Origin: Octopus sinensis
Lineage: Eukaryota
Direction: 5' to 3'
Length of the DNA: 64,000 bases
Assembly (NCBI RefSeq): GCF_006345805.1
Contig: NC_043002.1
Location: 118,172,001 to 118,236,000, forward strand
The first letter of the stretch is position 1. Every line of letters begins with the position of its first letter. Positions 1 to 13,045 of the stretch are shown here, piece after piece. Both the position numbers and the translations under genes were made by a program. Below the pieces are notes generated by a model that did not search any database, was not told where the DNA came from, and was given only the letters and a program-made list of their open reading frames with translations.

Positions 1-741
1 TCCTAAAACATTTCATGTTATGAGAATCCAGAAAATATGATATCAATATAACAGTTATTAGAGGAGAGAATCACCATTTTAAGTAGAAGTCAAAAAATAA
101 CTAAGTTGCTACTGTAAATGGTTTGACATTTTTTTCTTTTTTATACTTAAACCAATTTACAAATATTTTCTCACACTATTAATGGTTGAATATGTTTACC
201 TAAAGTTTTTTATTGTTAAGTAAACTTATTGGACAAGTAAAAAAAATTTTTTTTTTTACTAAGTAAAACAAATCATATATAAATTTGAATACTTTTGTCC
301 ATATTTCTATGTTATGGTCATGAAGTTAAGCATCTTAACCCTGCAACTATTGCATATTTCAACCTATATATATCATCATAGCAAATACAGTGAATGACAG
401 AGCATGCAATTGAAAAGAAAACGAAATGCAACAAAGACAAAGGGACTGAAACATAACAGAGATAAGTGGTAAAACAAAAACGATAAAATATTGAAGATGA
501 TGTTAATGGAATGCAAATGAAACAGCTTAAATTTTTCAACATAAAAGAGTTGTTATTTATTTATAAGTTAATGAATGACAATGCTGTGTATATAGACATA
601 TGTATGAATGTGCATATGTGTGTACAGGTATGCATATATTTGTGCGAACAATGTGTACACAATATGTCTAGTTTGAAAACAGAAATTAAGAAATAGTTGT
701 GTTATTTCTCTATTCCATTAAAACACAATTATATTTACACA

Positions 742-960
742 TCATCATTTAACATCTGACTTCCAAGCTGGCAAGAGTAGGACAATGTGACAAGATCTGA
801 TGAACCAGCAGACTGTGTCATACTCAAACATTTGCTTTTGTATGGTTTCTTTAGCTGGATGCCCTTCTTAATAACCACTTCTTAGAGTGTACCAAGTGCT
901 TTCATTTTTTACATGATGCTAGCACTGAAAATCACCTCATATCTTGCAAGGTTAAAAGCC
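742..960 (-). mobile_element. Degenerate RTE 3'-UTR/SINE-like copy
   Basis: catcatcatttaacatc..., gctggatgcccttc..aaccact motif shared with 8461 and 38070. Confidence 0.65.
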
Positions 961-1354
961 TAAAGTGAATCTATAACTGAAGGAAAATAAAGGAGAGTGG
1001 GCAATGGTCCTAGGCAAGGGGATGGAGGATGATGAAAGATGATGAAAGGAACAGATTTATAGTTATTCTCAATTACAATTATTGTGGTAAAATAAAACTG
1101 AAATACAAAAAATAAATAAAAGAAATATCAAATTTTCAAATATTAAAGAAATTTCTTTTTTGTTGTATGAATGTTTACCTTTTAGTATATGTAGAAATAT
1201 ACAAAAGATTAAAAATTAGGAAAGTAAAGGAACTCTCATAAGTGTTCTATAAATCTTAACTTCATCATCGCTTTCCTAAAAATATGCTATAATTTATTGC
1301 ACATTTACAAAAACACAGCTTATTTAAATTGACTTTTGTTTGTCACTGTTCTAC

Positions 1355-1540
1355 AATCAACATTTTGGGGGAGGGCTAGTCAATTAAATCAACCCCATTA
1401 TGCAACTGGTACTTATTTTATCAACCCTGAAAGAGTGAAAGGCAAAGTTGACCTCGGCAGAATTTGAACTCAAAATGTAAGGACAGATGAAACTGCTAAG
1501 CATTTTGCCTGATGTGCTAATGATTCTACCAGCTTGCCTG
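1355..1540 (-). mobile_element. SINE family C copy
   Basis: caactggtacttattttatcaaccc..ggcaaagttgacctcggcagaatttgaactca. Confidence 0.8.
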
Positions 1541-4500
1541 GTAACAAAAGTGGACTTGGACAACATAACATCTATGTCTGCTGACATAGACAGGTTTCAA
1601 ATCCAGATTTAGAATTTTAGAAAATTATCTAAAATTTTTTTGTTATAAAAATTATTAAAAGAAATCTAATTGAAAATCTTAAAACAATATTTCACTTATT
1701 TCATTACTTAAAAATGCAAATTCACATGAAACATTAAACAAAAAGTTGATTTTTCTCCCTCAATTTAATCATGTTTGTGTTGTATTTTGCATACATAAAA
1801 AGAAGAAACAAATTTCCATAAAATTCCTCTTACTTGTCAACTTATTTAAATATGAAGTAAAAATTAAAAATTTTAATAATATTGGTTCTGTGAAAATATT
1901 TAAGATAATGATCAAGCAATAACAGTCAAGAAATGAAAAACAATACATTCTCTTTCTGGCCATGCATTAAATACTGTCATGGTTTCTGAATATATTTAGG
2001 AATATATAACCCTTCATTATTATTTATCATTAATATGAGAACCTTTATGAATGACTAATATGAGAAACTAGTGAGGAAATCCATTAGAATCCTATTTCAA
2101 GGACAACTAAAATAAGGATCTAGCATATTAGTTTAATACCTTCTCTACAAACAGAATATTAAAGGTGAACAGAATGCCCCATTTCATATTTTAACTGAAT
2201 AATCAAATTGCTTGAATCCCAGTTATAACTTAGAGCAGCCCTATGATAAAAATCACATGATGAGGCATTTTTAGCATGTTATTGTATGTTGTCTATTATA
2301 TCAACATTCTTAAGTCTTTTTCTAGTGTGTTAGGGACTCAATCTGCATAACTAGCTAGAGACATCCATAAAAGTACCAGCAGTAATAAATTAATGATCCT
2401 GAAGACTATATATGGTGAAGTCTAACAGATGATTTTGGAGAGTTGATAAATTCTCCCTCATGGTGGCTATGAAAATGTACCATAAGTATGGATTCTTCAA
2501 GCTGGCTATGCCAATTTAGTAAAGCTACCTCACACTAGCTATAGCCTAGTTCTCTAGAAAAGGTACAACATTAACTTTCTGGACACTGATGGTACAGAAT
2601 CTCTTATAATCTGCACTCACTCACAGCCAGGAACTTCAGATTCCTGTGGCCACCAGACTAGTTTACCTATACCATAAACAGTAAAGTATTAACTTGTATC
2701 ATTTACCTGTCATTCATTTAAATATTTAAGTAAACTGAATACTCGTTAAATTTAGAGTGTGTTGACCAAGTTGACCAACCTAGGTTTGGAAGAATCAGTA
2801 ATCTGAAAAGACCTTGAAACTGAAGGTGCCTGAAAATCGATGTTGCATTTATATGAAATGAGAAATGTGTGCCTACATGTATCCTGTTCTCCAACCTTTC
2901 TTTTCCTTTATGAATTCTCTCATACTTATATGTCACAGTGAGAACCTATTTTGTGCAACACCATTCAATGTGAGGAAATAGATTTGTGTGTAAGCGCATA
3001 AGCATGCACATTTATGCAAGTCTTCATTCATTTGCATATGTGTGTGAGTATACATGGGCTTCATAGATATATATACATGTATGTATTCCTGCAGAGACCT
3101 TATACAAATGGACAAACTTGAAGGTGATTAAAGGTTCTTTGGCTGTACGAGTTTCTTAGCAGTCTTTGTAAGTTTCAACAGTGATAGTAGTAGTAGCAGT
3201 GGCACCAGTACCACTGTCAAAAGGATGGTCATTACTGGAATGTTTTTGAACATAAACAATAGTAGAGGATGACACAAAGTATGCTTTACTTATATTCTAA
3301 CATTAAGACAAAGGTATGTGTGGTACAGATCACAAGACATCAATTCTTTCACTACTGCAACCACCATCATTATTGGTATTGGTGATAGTACTGGTAGTGG
3401 TGGGAGTTTAAGTGAAAGGGAGCATACATTTGTTTTATACATCCTTTGCTCCTTTATTTTAATTCTCTCACATTGTCTTTTCCTCTTAAATATACACAAA
3501 CATATACAAATGTGCATGCAAGTTATTTGATATTATGCTCTTAATAACACACATTTCTCTTCCTCTCTCATCTATTTTTTCCTTGTTGCTGTGATATATA
3601 CACGAGGGAAAATAAAATAGCTGCACATTATAGACATGTGGGTGGGGCGTATACATACAAACAGATCAAAAATTTATATATGTCTACAAATTTCTTAACC
3701 ATAAGATCTTCATAAATTCCAGTAATATATTTGTAGACATACTCAACTACAAGTAAATAAATGTGTCTTATGTACAAAAGGTTTAAGATGGAGGGGAGCC
3801 TCAGCTAAATTTCTCAGAGAAGAAACACAATGCAAATTCTTCTGGGTGGATAAGAATGCTGGGTGGATGAGTGCAGGAAGCATGATGTTGGCTGATAAAT
3901 GAATAAAGTAATTAAGGTAGTGAGAATATGTGAAAGAATAATTTAATTTAGATTAGTCATAGGTAACATAGCGACAACAATTATCCCTGCATCTAGAGCA
4001 CAATCTACTGACAGACAAAGAAAAAGACCATTTTTATAAGGTCTTCTTACGGAGTACTTTGATAAGAGATGACAACTGTCATGTAATCAAGGAATAAAAA
4101 GGAATCTAGGCTTTGAGTTTCAATTAACTGGAAAGAAGGCAGAACTCAACAGGAAGGCAACTACGTTTCAAATGCAGAAAAAGAGTGGTGAAAAACTCTG
4201 TACTGTGTACTCAAAGTAAATTATGAGTGCACAAGAAGTGTAATGAGATCACAGGCAGGCTGGGAAAGTAGAAAGACTTCGTTTGTTGTAAATGTGTAGG
4301 AGTAGTTAGCAGCAAGAACATTCATAAAATAGTTTCTTGCAAATACTTGTAAAACTTCCTTGTAACAGTTGATAGCTTTGTTATTAGCAGTGGAGGCAAG
4401 TGCTCCAAAAGTATAGTAGCCAGAGTAAGACTGTGGGAGCTGTTAGCTCTGCTGACAACAACAAAATTCTCTCTCCAAATGATGGTTGGAAAGAAATGAA

Positions 4501-4642
4501 GCAAGTAAGCTCTTCTGGATGTGAAATTTTTGTGTACATAAATGACAGAGCACAAACAGCTGAGAGAAAAATTGCATATAAAAAGAATAAGATGTAGCAG
4601 ATTAAAGAGAAGACTGCACTGGTGTGTATGTGTGTGTACATT

Positions 4643-4772
4643 TATATATATATATATATATATATGACAAAGAGGTCTTGGGCCAACAGGTTTTGGGATC
4701 TGATGATACACCATAAAGCTGAACTCTTTATGGATGGGAAACCTAAGGTAATCCCATAAACTGGCCTTCCCC

Positions 4773-4814
<42 letters not shown>

Positions 4815-4825
4815 ATATATATATC
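4643..4825. repeat. Two (TA)n microsatellites bracketing the ribozyme cassette
   Basis: (TA)n at 4643-4665 and ~4780-4825. Confidence 0.95.
4681..4766 (+). ncRNA. Type I hammerhead ribozyme
   Basis: Stem I GGGAT(4695-4699)/ATCCC(4751-4755), extended by TTT/AAA and GGCCA/TGGCC; core CTGATGA 4700-4706; stem II CCATAAAG(4711-4718)/CTTTATGG(4726-4733); GAAA 4738-4741; stem III CC-TAA-GG; cleavage triplet GTA 4748-4750. Confidence 0.8.
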
Positions 4826-4826
4826 T

Positions 4827-5041
4827 TTACTTGGGTGTCAAGCAATCTGGTGGAAGAAATTTGTGGAAGGGAAAGTAGACATAAGAAGAAATGGTAAACA
4901 ATTTCAAGAGGCTCAACCTGAAGGAGGATATGACAAAGAACTGGAATAAATGGTATGACGCTGTACTAACAAAAAAAAAAGGAAAAAATCTGTCCAACCT
5001 ATGCAAGCATGGATACATGAATATAAAAATGATGATGATTT
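4827..5041 (+). mobile_element. Degenerate RTE 3' fragment
   Basis: Decayed KKW..LNLKEDMTKNWNKWYDAVL, then tccaacctatgcaagcatgga..(gat)n; starts right after (TA)n. Confidence 0.6.
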
Positions 5042-5201
5042 AAAATTACTGCTACAAGAAGACTTGTTTCATTTTTCTAAGTACTTATAAAAATGAGAAT
5101 ATTTAGAAAAAATATATTTGCATTCCTAAAACTTTAAACAGAGTGCACTTTAGTGTTTTGTAAATCTTAGTATCATTTTCAAGTCACTCAAAGATACTAA
5201 C

Positions 5202-5345
5202 CTCTTGCAATTTCTTTATTTCTTCTTCTAATTCTCGACATTTGTCTGGCAATTCTAATGCATTTTTCTGTGTTTGACGAATATGCTCAGTTTCAATTTT
5301 ATATTGCCTAAGTTCTTTTAATTCTTTCCCTAATTCATCAAGAAG
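5202..5345 (-). CDS. RAB11FIP4: Rab11-FIP3/4-like exon M (last exon visible; Rab11-binding domain exons expected beyond position 1)
   Basis: tttcag|...|gttagt; 144 nt, phase 0 to 0; LLDELGKELKELRQYKIETEHIRQTQKNALELPDKCRELEEEIKKLQE. Confidence 0.92.
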
Positions 5346-6639
5346 CTGAAATATAGTAAAAATATGAATAAGTGTTTCTTTAATACACAAAGTAATTTAT
5401 ACAGAGGAATATGATTATAATCAATATTTACAAAAGTCCAATCAATGCTATAGCCATAATAAAATTGCTTTAATTCATTCATTAAGTGTTCATCAGTCAA
5501 CATAGTTTAATTTTCTTTGAAAAGTTAAGTTGACCCTAGCAGGATCCAAACTCAATGCACAAAGATATGTTCATCATTTGTTGCTAAGACTGAATCATAA
5601 GATTTCTTCTCAATGACTTCAGCTCAAACATTTATTTTGTAGAAATCCATCCATTCTTTAATTAAAATACAATGCCAGGTTTCTCATGCATCATAATGCT
5701 GGCTTCCCATAAAAAGTAATTCCTTAAACTGCTCTTATTCATCTTATAATACAGACATTACTCTCATGTCTAATACTAATTATATCCTATAACTAACAAA
5801 TTCAATTAAAACATATTTAGAATTGTTCATCATAGATCACAGAATCTTCATTATAAATTTAACCAACCCAAGATTTACCATTTTTGCATTTCACTTTGTC
5901 AGAATGACTCTTTAATATATCACTTCTACATGCATCTCATTAAAAAATCCCAGTATTTTCAGGTTCATTGTAACTACTACTATCTGATCTTTCTCACATT
6001 GCATTTCATGTCCATACTAACATAGTTATCTCTTCTGCATACATCTGCCAACATTTGATGGTCAACTGATTTGTCAACATGTTTGTATTCAAGTTTACTT
6101 GTAAGCTGATACTATATATCCAATAGCATACATACTTACAACCAGTCCTTAATTGAGACCCTTCATTTTTCAGGGTTATAAACCAGCATGTTATCTCAAG
6201 AAGATTATAACACTAACATTGTTTTACAACCACACTAAAAGATACTTTTTGTAATGTAGAAAGGCTAAACCCATTTCTTAATGAGGGAAAAGGATAATAA
6301 AATATTTGCAACAGAATGAGAACATTACTCAAGAGTTCAACATTTTGAACAGTTGATCATTGCTATTTAACTCAAAATGAAAACTGTCATAGTTTTGGAA
6401 AGAAGCAAAAATTATTGCAAGCTATAAAATTCATTGTTTTCATTGACTTGAATTTTTCTTTTTAGTCTTTTATTTAAAAGGGAAGGCTGTGCCCTTAACT
6501 CTTCAAAGGGCCTCTGAGTCTGGTGAGAGAAAAAGAAGGGAGTATTGTCAAACTGAATGTCAGACCTAAAGATATCCAAGGTACCAAATAATGGTGTTAA
6601 ACCAACTGCGCAATAGATTAAATAAACTACCCTAGTGGG

Positions 6640-6865
6640 TCACAGTGGGATTTGAAGTCAGAATTCAAATAACCAGAACAAATACTCCAAGTCATCCAAT
6701 CTGACATTTCTGCCAATTCATTACCCAAGTCTGGAATTTTTTATCAATCTTTCAAGGTTGAAATATAAAGCTGACCTCTGCAGGATCTGAACTCAAAGTA
6801 CCAAAAGTTAGGAAAAATACTGTGAGGCATTCTAGCTGTCACTCTACTGTTTCTGCCAATTCCAG
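6640..6865 (-). mobile_element. Two tandem partial SINE family C copies
   Basis: Two ggat(t/c)tgaa..ca..aaatact..tctgccaattc modules. Confidence 0.6.
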
Positions 6866-6910
6866 AAAGAAGGACAATGATACAACAAAAGTTATGAAAT
6901 AATGTTCTAC

Positions 6911-7048
6911 CTGAGCAGTTGCTTTACGTTCATGTTCAAAATTATTACTTTGTGTTGCCATTTCAGCCTGCTGCTTTTCATTGTCTTCCAGTAACGTGGC
7001 ATAAGAGTATTGAGTTTCAGCTAATTTATCATGTAATTCTAACTTTTC
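6911..7048 (-). CDS. RAB11FIP4: Rab11-FIP3/4-like exon L
   Basis: ttattatag|...|gtagaa; 138 nt, phase 0 to 0; EKLELHDKLAETQYSYATLLEDNEKQQAEMATQSNNFEHERKATAQ. Confidence 0.9.
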
Positions 7049-8295
7049 CTATAATAAACAAAATATATATTATTTAGCTTTAAATAACACAGAAATGTTA
7101 AAAAAAAGTAAATTCAGAGTTCCTCAATTTTAAAATATTTACAATGCAAGAGAAATCTAACTAATTTTAAGCAATATTTACTTTTCTTCTAATTATCACA
7201 AATTACTTTTTGGAAAACCTAGATACAATTAAAATTAAAGAGTAAATTAAATTTATAAGAACAAATTTAATGAAAATTATTTTCTGACAAAACTTATCAT
7301 TATCAAATGTAGGAACTTTGTAGTTGTGATGTAACATCATCTGTACAAAAATAATATATAACAATACAAATTTATATAATAATTAGCAGTCCAGAAATAT
7401 AATAAAGACACATTCAATGACAACCTTATTAAATCTTTTAAACATAACCATGCAACATTATAACATAGCACCAACATTTTTTCATAATTTCTCTGAGATA
7501 AGAATATATTAGTCTTAAATGATTTAAAAATATTTTTGATACAATGTCAGCTCTTGGTAACCTTTGAACATTTGAAGTTTAAAGTAGACTGCCAGATGAG
7601 AAAACTTTCTATTATGATTGTACTGTTAATATTTTTAAGTATCAAAATTGATCAAGTAATGTTATACTTGACATTTGTGATTCTACAGTTTCAGTTTTAG
7701 GCTCACAGAAATTGTTGAATTTAGAAAAGATTCAACAGAAGTACCATGAGGAGAAACATAACCAAGAATTAACAGGAGTTAGGTAGTTCATGGAATGGTT
7801 TCAGAATTGAATTTGGTGAAATTATTAAAATATTTCTATTTAAATAAAGAAATAAGGTACTGTCTCAAATTCAAATTTCTGATTTTTTTTCTTAAGAAAA
7901 GGAAATTCTTTTGTATTTTTCTTGTTAATCCATAATCCATAATCCAAAATGAACAAGAGCATTCTGCATCATCAGATTTCAAAAGTTTAGTTTCCTTGAA
8001 TTTCTTTCTGTGTCAGTATATTTCAAACACTGCCGCCAATTATAATCCATTCCAATATTCAACCATTCGTCTTGACAACAAGTTCCATAATAGTAACAAC
8101 AACAGTTACTTCATACAGAACTACCTCATGTTCTGCAGATGAAAGGAAGTATTTAATTGCGAAATTCTTATTCAAAACAAATACATGGAATGCTAACAAT
8201 TATATTAGCCAAATATACTATTTAAAACTAATCCTTTGATTAATTAGGTAGAGTTTACTTTATCTTATCAGAAAATATAGTTACTATCTCCATAC

Positions 8296-8377
8296 CGATT
8301 TTAATTTTTCTACTTCATTTCTAAGTCGGGTGGCTTCTTCCTTGGTGGTTTCATAATGTCGATCTACATCTTGTAAT
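8296..8377 (-). CDS. RAB11FIP4: Rab11-FIP3/4-like exon K
   Basis: cttgcag|...|gtatgg; 82 nt, phase 2 to 0; RLQDVDRHYETTKEEATRLRNEVEKLKS. Confidence 0.9.
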
Positions 8378-8460
8378 CTGCAAGATATCAGAAAAATATT
8401 AAGTTCACTAACAGAAGGTGTTAAAATCATTTCCCTAAGTATCTAGTTTAAAAAAAATGA

Positions 8461-8615
8461 ATCATCATCATCGTTTAACGTCCGTTCTCCATGCTAGCAT
8501 GGGTTGGACGGTTCGACCGGGGATCTGGGAAGCCAGAAGGCTGCACCAGGCTCCAGTCTTATCTGGCAATGTTTCTACAGCTGGATGCCCTTCCTAACAC
8601 CAACCACTCCGTGAG

Positions 8616-8616
<1 letters not shown>
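8461..8616 (-). mobile_element. Short 3'-end copy of the RTE family (3' UTR plus (GAT)n tail)
   Basis: Reverse complement closely matches 38068-38232; its 5' end abuts (TA)n at 8616-8650. Confidence 0.88.
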
Positions 8617-8653
<37 letters not shown>

Positions 8654-8698
8654 TATTTATACATTTCAATTCAAATACATTTCTTAGAACATAAAATA

Positions 8699-9195
8699 CA
8701 GGGTGTTCCAGAATTAACTATTTATTTCAGTGAAATCAGACAATTTTTTAAAACATTCACTTTTACTTATGTTTATCATGTGTTAAAAGTGTATGAATTT
8801 TTAATTTTATTTAGAATTTTATAACTTAAACAAGCTTTAATAATTTTATTCTCATTTCTGCTGAATCCTGCTTATCGGTCCATGACAGTTTGCTCTCCCT
8901 CCATCCCCAGAATGGAACACTAATTTAGCGGAACTTAAAAGAATGCATTCAGTTAGCAGTGCAGGAGATAACTCCTGAAATGCTTTAAAATGTGTTTTGC
9001 AATGCTAAGAGGACAGTTTTGAAATTTGCAGGAATATAGATGGAGAACATGTTGAAAATTTTCATTAAGTTTTAACCTAAGATTTATAAATCTATGTTTT
9101 GGTATCATATTTAAGTAATAAACATAAAATTTTGTCAGTTTTTTTTAAATTTGCGCAATTTTATTGAAATAGATGGTTAATTCTGGGACACCCTG
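8699..9195 (+). mobile_element. Internally deleted Tc1/mariner-superfamily element (MITE-like)
   Basis: TA-flanked TIRs CAGGGTGTTCCAGAATTAAC / GTTAATTCTGGGACACCCTG; internal decayed transposase C-terminus (NLAELK..IQLAVQEITPEML..FEICRNIDGEHVE, ~8920-9068). Confidence 0.85.
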
Positions 9196-9591
9196 TATTA
9201 ATAGAAAAGACCAGTTAATTTGTGTGGCAGCTTAAACTAATAAAACATAAATAGCAGAAATAGAGTTGTAACCGTTAATTCAATTATGGCACTCGACTCA
9301 GTTTGCTTTTTTTTTCTATTCAATAAAACTGAAAATCAGTCTTTATGCATGGGCACACTGGACAATTCCCTGGGGACTTCACAGGTTTTGAGGCTGAATG
9401 CAAACCTATGTATGGTATAGTTAAGCATGAATAAAGTGATTCCCCAGTGCATTGCTTTACTCAGATGTCTATACAGCTGTTAAGATAGGCCTGCCAAAGA
9501 TATGAATTAACACTGACCTTCAATTGAATAATTGTCAGATATCCTTTCAAATATTTATAGCTAATCATGTAAATACTGCTGTTGATAACAG

Positions 9592-10715
9592 TAATGATAA
9601 TAATGGTTTCAAATTTTAGCATAGAGCCAGCAGTTTTAAGAAAAGTGGGCAAGTTGACTGTATCAACTCTAGTGCTCAGACTCCAAAAGGATGGAAGACA
9701 AAGTCAACCTTAGAAGAACTTGAACACAGAACATAAAGAGTCTTTAATAACTCTGCTAGCTTGTTACCTTCATAATAATAATAATAATCCTTTCCACTAT
9801 AGGCGCAAGGCCTGAAATTTGAGGGAGGTGAATAGTCAATTACACTGACCCCAGTACTCAATTGGTATTTATTTTATTAAGGATGAAAGGTAAAGTTGAC
9901 CTCGGTATAATAATAACAATAATAATAATAATCCTTTCTACTATAGGTATAAAGCCTGAAATTATATTGACCCCCAATGCTCAACTGGTATTATTCAATT
10001 GACTGTGAATGAATGAAATACAAAATCGATCTTAGTGGAATTTGAACTTAGAACATAAACCTGGAAGAAATGCTGTGAGGTACTTCTTTTTCACTGTGTG
10101 CTAAAGGTTCTGCCAGCTTACCACCTTAATAAAAATTCTTTCAAATTTTGGCACAAGGACAACAATTGCTACATTGATTCTAGTATCTAAATTTTATTGA
10201 CCAGGGAAAGTTGAATGGTAAAGCTGACTTCAGCAGGATTTGCACTCAGAATGCAAAAAGCCAATACAAATTCCACAAAACATTCTTTCCAAAGCTCTAA
10301 CTGTCCTCTTAATAGTTTCTAATTTAGGCACAAGAGTAGCAATTCTGAGGGGAAGGGTAAAACAATTACACTTACTCCAGTACATGAATGATACATTATT
10401 TTATCAACCGTGACAGATGAAAGGGAAAACTGACCTTGGCAGGATTTCAACTCAGAATGTAAAAGTAGCAACAAATACAGCAAGGCATTATTTTGTCAGG
10501 TGCGTTAACAATTATGTCAGCTCACCATCTCTTAATGATTTCTATTTTAGGTAAAAGCCAGCAATTTTGAGGTGATGTTTAGTCGATTATATCAACTCCA
10601 GCTGTGATTTATAGATACTGGACCATGCAAGGCGAAGTATGCATGAGAAGGGATTTGAATTTAGAATGTTAAGGGAAGTTATGAAATATCATATGGCATT
10701 TTATCCAATAATCCA
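9592..10715 (-). mobile_element. Cluster of about six head-to-tail SINE family C copies
   Basis: Repeated module (aat)n..caagg..gaccccag..caactggta..gatgaaagg.aaagttgacct.gg..gatttgaactcagaa..tctgccagct..ccacc, all in one orientation. Confidence 0.85.
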
Positions 10716-11062
10716 CAGTTATTGCTTATCTTTTATAATAAAAAATTAGGATTTGGGAAATTTAAAAGTAATTAAATAATAGTTTCCATCACATTAATGT
10801 CTGACTCAATGAATGTTAAAATTGTAATAACTATTAAAGAGCAATAAAAGCTATCAGAAACACACATTACAATTTCTATGCACTTTTGTCACCATCACCA
10901 TATTTCGTGTCCACTTTTGTCCACTCTTGTATTGATCAGACAGAGTTTATTGAAGCAGGAGAGGGTTGGTGACAAGAAAAGCATCGAACCATAGAATGTC
11001 TGCTGCCATTCCAGTCACACTATAAGAAACCACACTTTCAGCCAATATACATTTATTGAGTA

Positions 11063-11450
11063 CTAGCAGTATCACCCGGCATTGCTCGGGTTTGTAAGGG
11101 AAATAATTAAATAAGCATTTTTAGAGAGTTATAGCCAAAAAATAGCAAAAAAATGCATTAAAAATGGGAAAAAAATTATGGTAAATTTTTTTTTAAATCG
11201 TTGACTCATCGTAGACATTTTTAGTGAGTTACTTCCCTTATATAATAGCGAAAAAATGCATTAAAATGGAAAAAATGATGGTAATTTTTTTTTAAATCGT
11301 AGACGCACGCTAATACCCAGAAGGGCTCGATATGAATCACGACTATAAGATACCCGGTTTTGGTTAAACTGCACCACAAAATGTGGGAGTAGTTAGGAAT
11401 CTAAATCGTAGGAGACAGACAGCACACAACCTCTCTTTTATATATAAAAA
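11063..11450 (-). mobile_element. Non-autonomous Helitron
   Basis: Minus-strand 3' end CCCGAGCAATGCCGGG hairpin, 8 nt, then CTAG; inserted between A and T with no TSD; 5' end TTTTTATATATAAAAG (canonical TC appears mutated); internal ~100-bp imperfect tandem duplication. Confidence 0.8.
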
Positions 11451-11630
11451 TTTCTATTTCATTCTAGCTTCTTTCATTCCTTTTAGCTATCACAACTTAG
11501 GCCACATAGGACCATTACCTTCAATAGCATTTTCTTTCATTTGTAAGTTCAATAGTGCACTGTCATGGTATATTAAATGATTCAGTTTATATATCTATTA
11601 AATATCAAAGATGAAAAAAAAAATACTGAC

Positions 11631-11680
11631 CTGTGACTTAAGTATATTAACTGTTCAGCTTTATCTCGGTCGTGCCGACC
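11631..11680 (-). CDS. RAB11FIP4: Rab11-FIP3/4-like exon J
   Basis: attctag|...|gtcagt; 50 nt, phase 0 to 2; GRHDRDKAEQLIYLSH. Confidence 0.85.
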
Positions 11681-13045
11681 CTAGAATATGTGATAAAATA
11701 TATTGTATACTTTACAACAAATTTTTTTGTGAATGAAGTACTGATATGAAAATTTATTTATTTATTAAAATATTGCTTTTAATAAATATGTTATGCAAAA
11801 AGATGAAAATTTATGTTGTCATAAAAGTAAAGGAAAAAAACACAGCTTTATTTTAATTTGGAATAGGAGAGCAAGTAAATAGCCCAACTGCTAGAGGAAT
11901 ATTTTTGGCTCCAATTTCAAAAAAGGAGAGGTTAATGAACAACATTTAAAATTCACTGCCTCGTTCATTTATTATTGTATCAAATGGGAAATGTTTTATC
12001 TGAGATTAAAGTTAAAAATAAAATGGAGTATATAATTAAGCAAATGGGGGAAAAACTTGTAAAGCTAGTAGTGTATATAGCACATGAAATATATGTGAAC
12101 AACAAATTCATTTCATGAAGCACAGCCATCACAAGTTATAACATGATGTTAATATATATGTTCCCATATCATGCAATCTGACAACATATATTCTAATAAT
12201 ATATAGAGATACTAACAATTTACAAGAAATATCCTTTATTTATTCGTATATGCATTTAATCATACTAATTTAAAAAATAATCTTATTTATGAAATTTACA
12301 TACTGATAAAATAACAGTATTTCTTAATTAAAAGAGAACACTGAACTTATAAATGACTGAAAAATTAGAACTTTCTTTTTAATAACAGTTTTTTCTTCAT
12401 TAGTTTTCTTTTAAAATTTAAATTCATTTTATTATACTGATACATTCTTTTTGTTAAACAGATACTAATCTAAAACGATCTAAACCAATATATTTTCTTT
12501 AAAGTTTTATACAGCCAAATATGTAAACACTAATACATACAAACACAAAATGTACCAACAAAGCAGTGTGAAAGAAAAAAATATAGTAAAAACAAATCCC
12601 TGAATTATAGAAATATCTGTAAAACATGTCTAAATAAGAACCAGAATAAAATGTAAAGAGTAGTAAGTAAAGAATATTCATAAAAAGAAATGTCTAATAA
12701 TATCAGAAATGGTTACCAGATACGGGATCCTGTATAGGTTGTGGAGAGTTTCAAACATATTGACAATTTCGTAATTAAATGTCAACCTGACTAGAAGCAA
12801 GCTTACAATAAACAGATTAAAGCCAAAACTAATCTACAACTAAACAGATTTAGTTGGGTTATATAAGGGATTTTAATGTCAGTATAACATCAATCCATCC
12901 AATTTACCATGATATAAGCTTTAACACATAGATCTAATAAGTGCTAAACACAAACAAGTGCTTCACCTTACCTGTCTCTATCAAATGAGGTATTAGATGA
13001 AAAGTAAGGAAAAATATCTTATAATATTTCATTAAAATACACTCA

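Noticed and set aside
2320-2680. GC-richer patch including CTGAAGA..GAAG, possible ribozyme or LINE 5' relic
   Set aside because: Core incomplete and stems unconvincing; too decayed to classify.
1-5201. Searched for the C-terminal Rab11-binding-domain exons
   Set aside because: I found no frame resembling the FIP-RBD (..L..YID.II..I....P.ILE), so these exons presumably lie left of the window.
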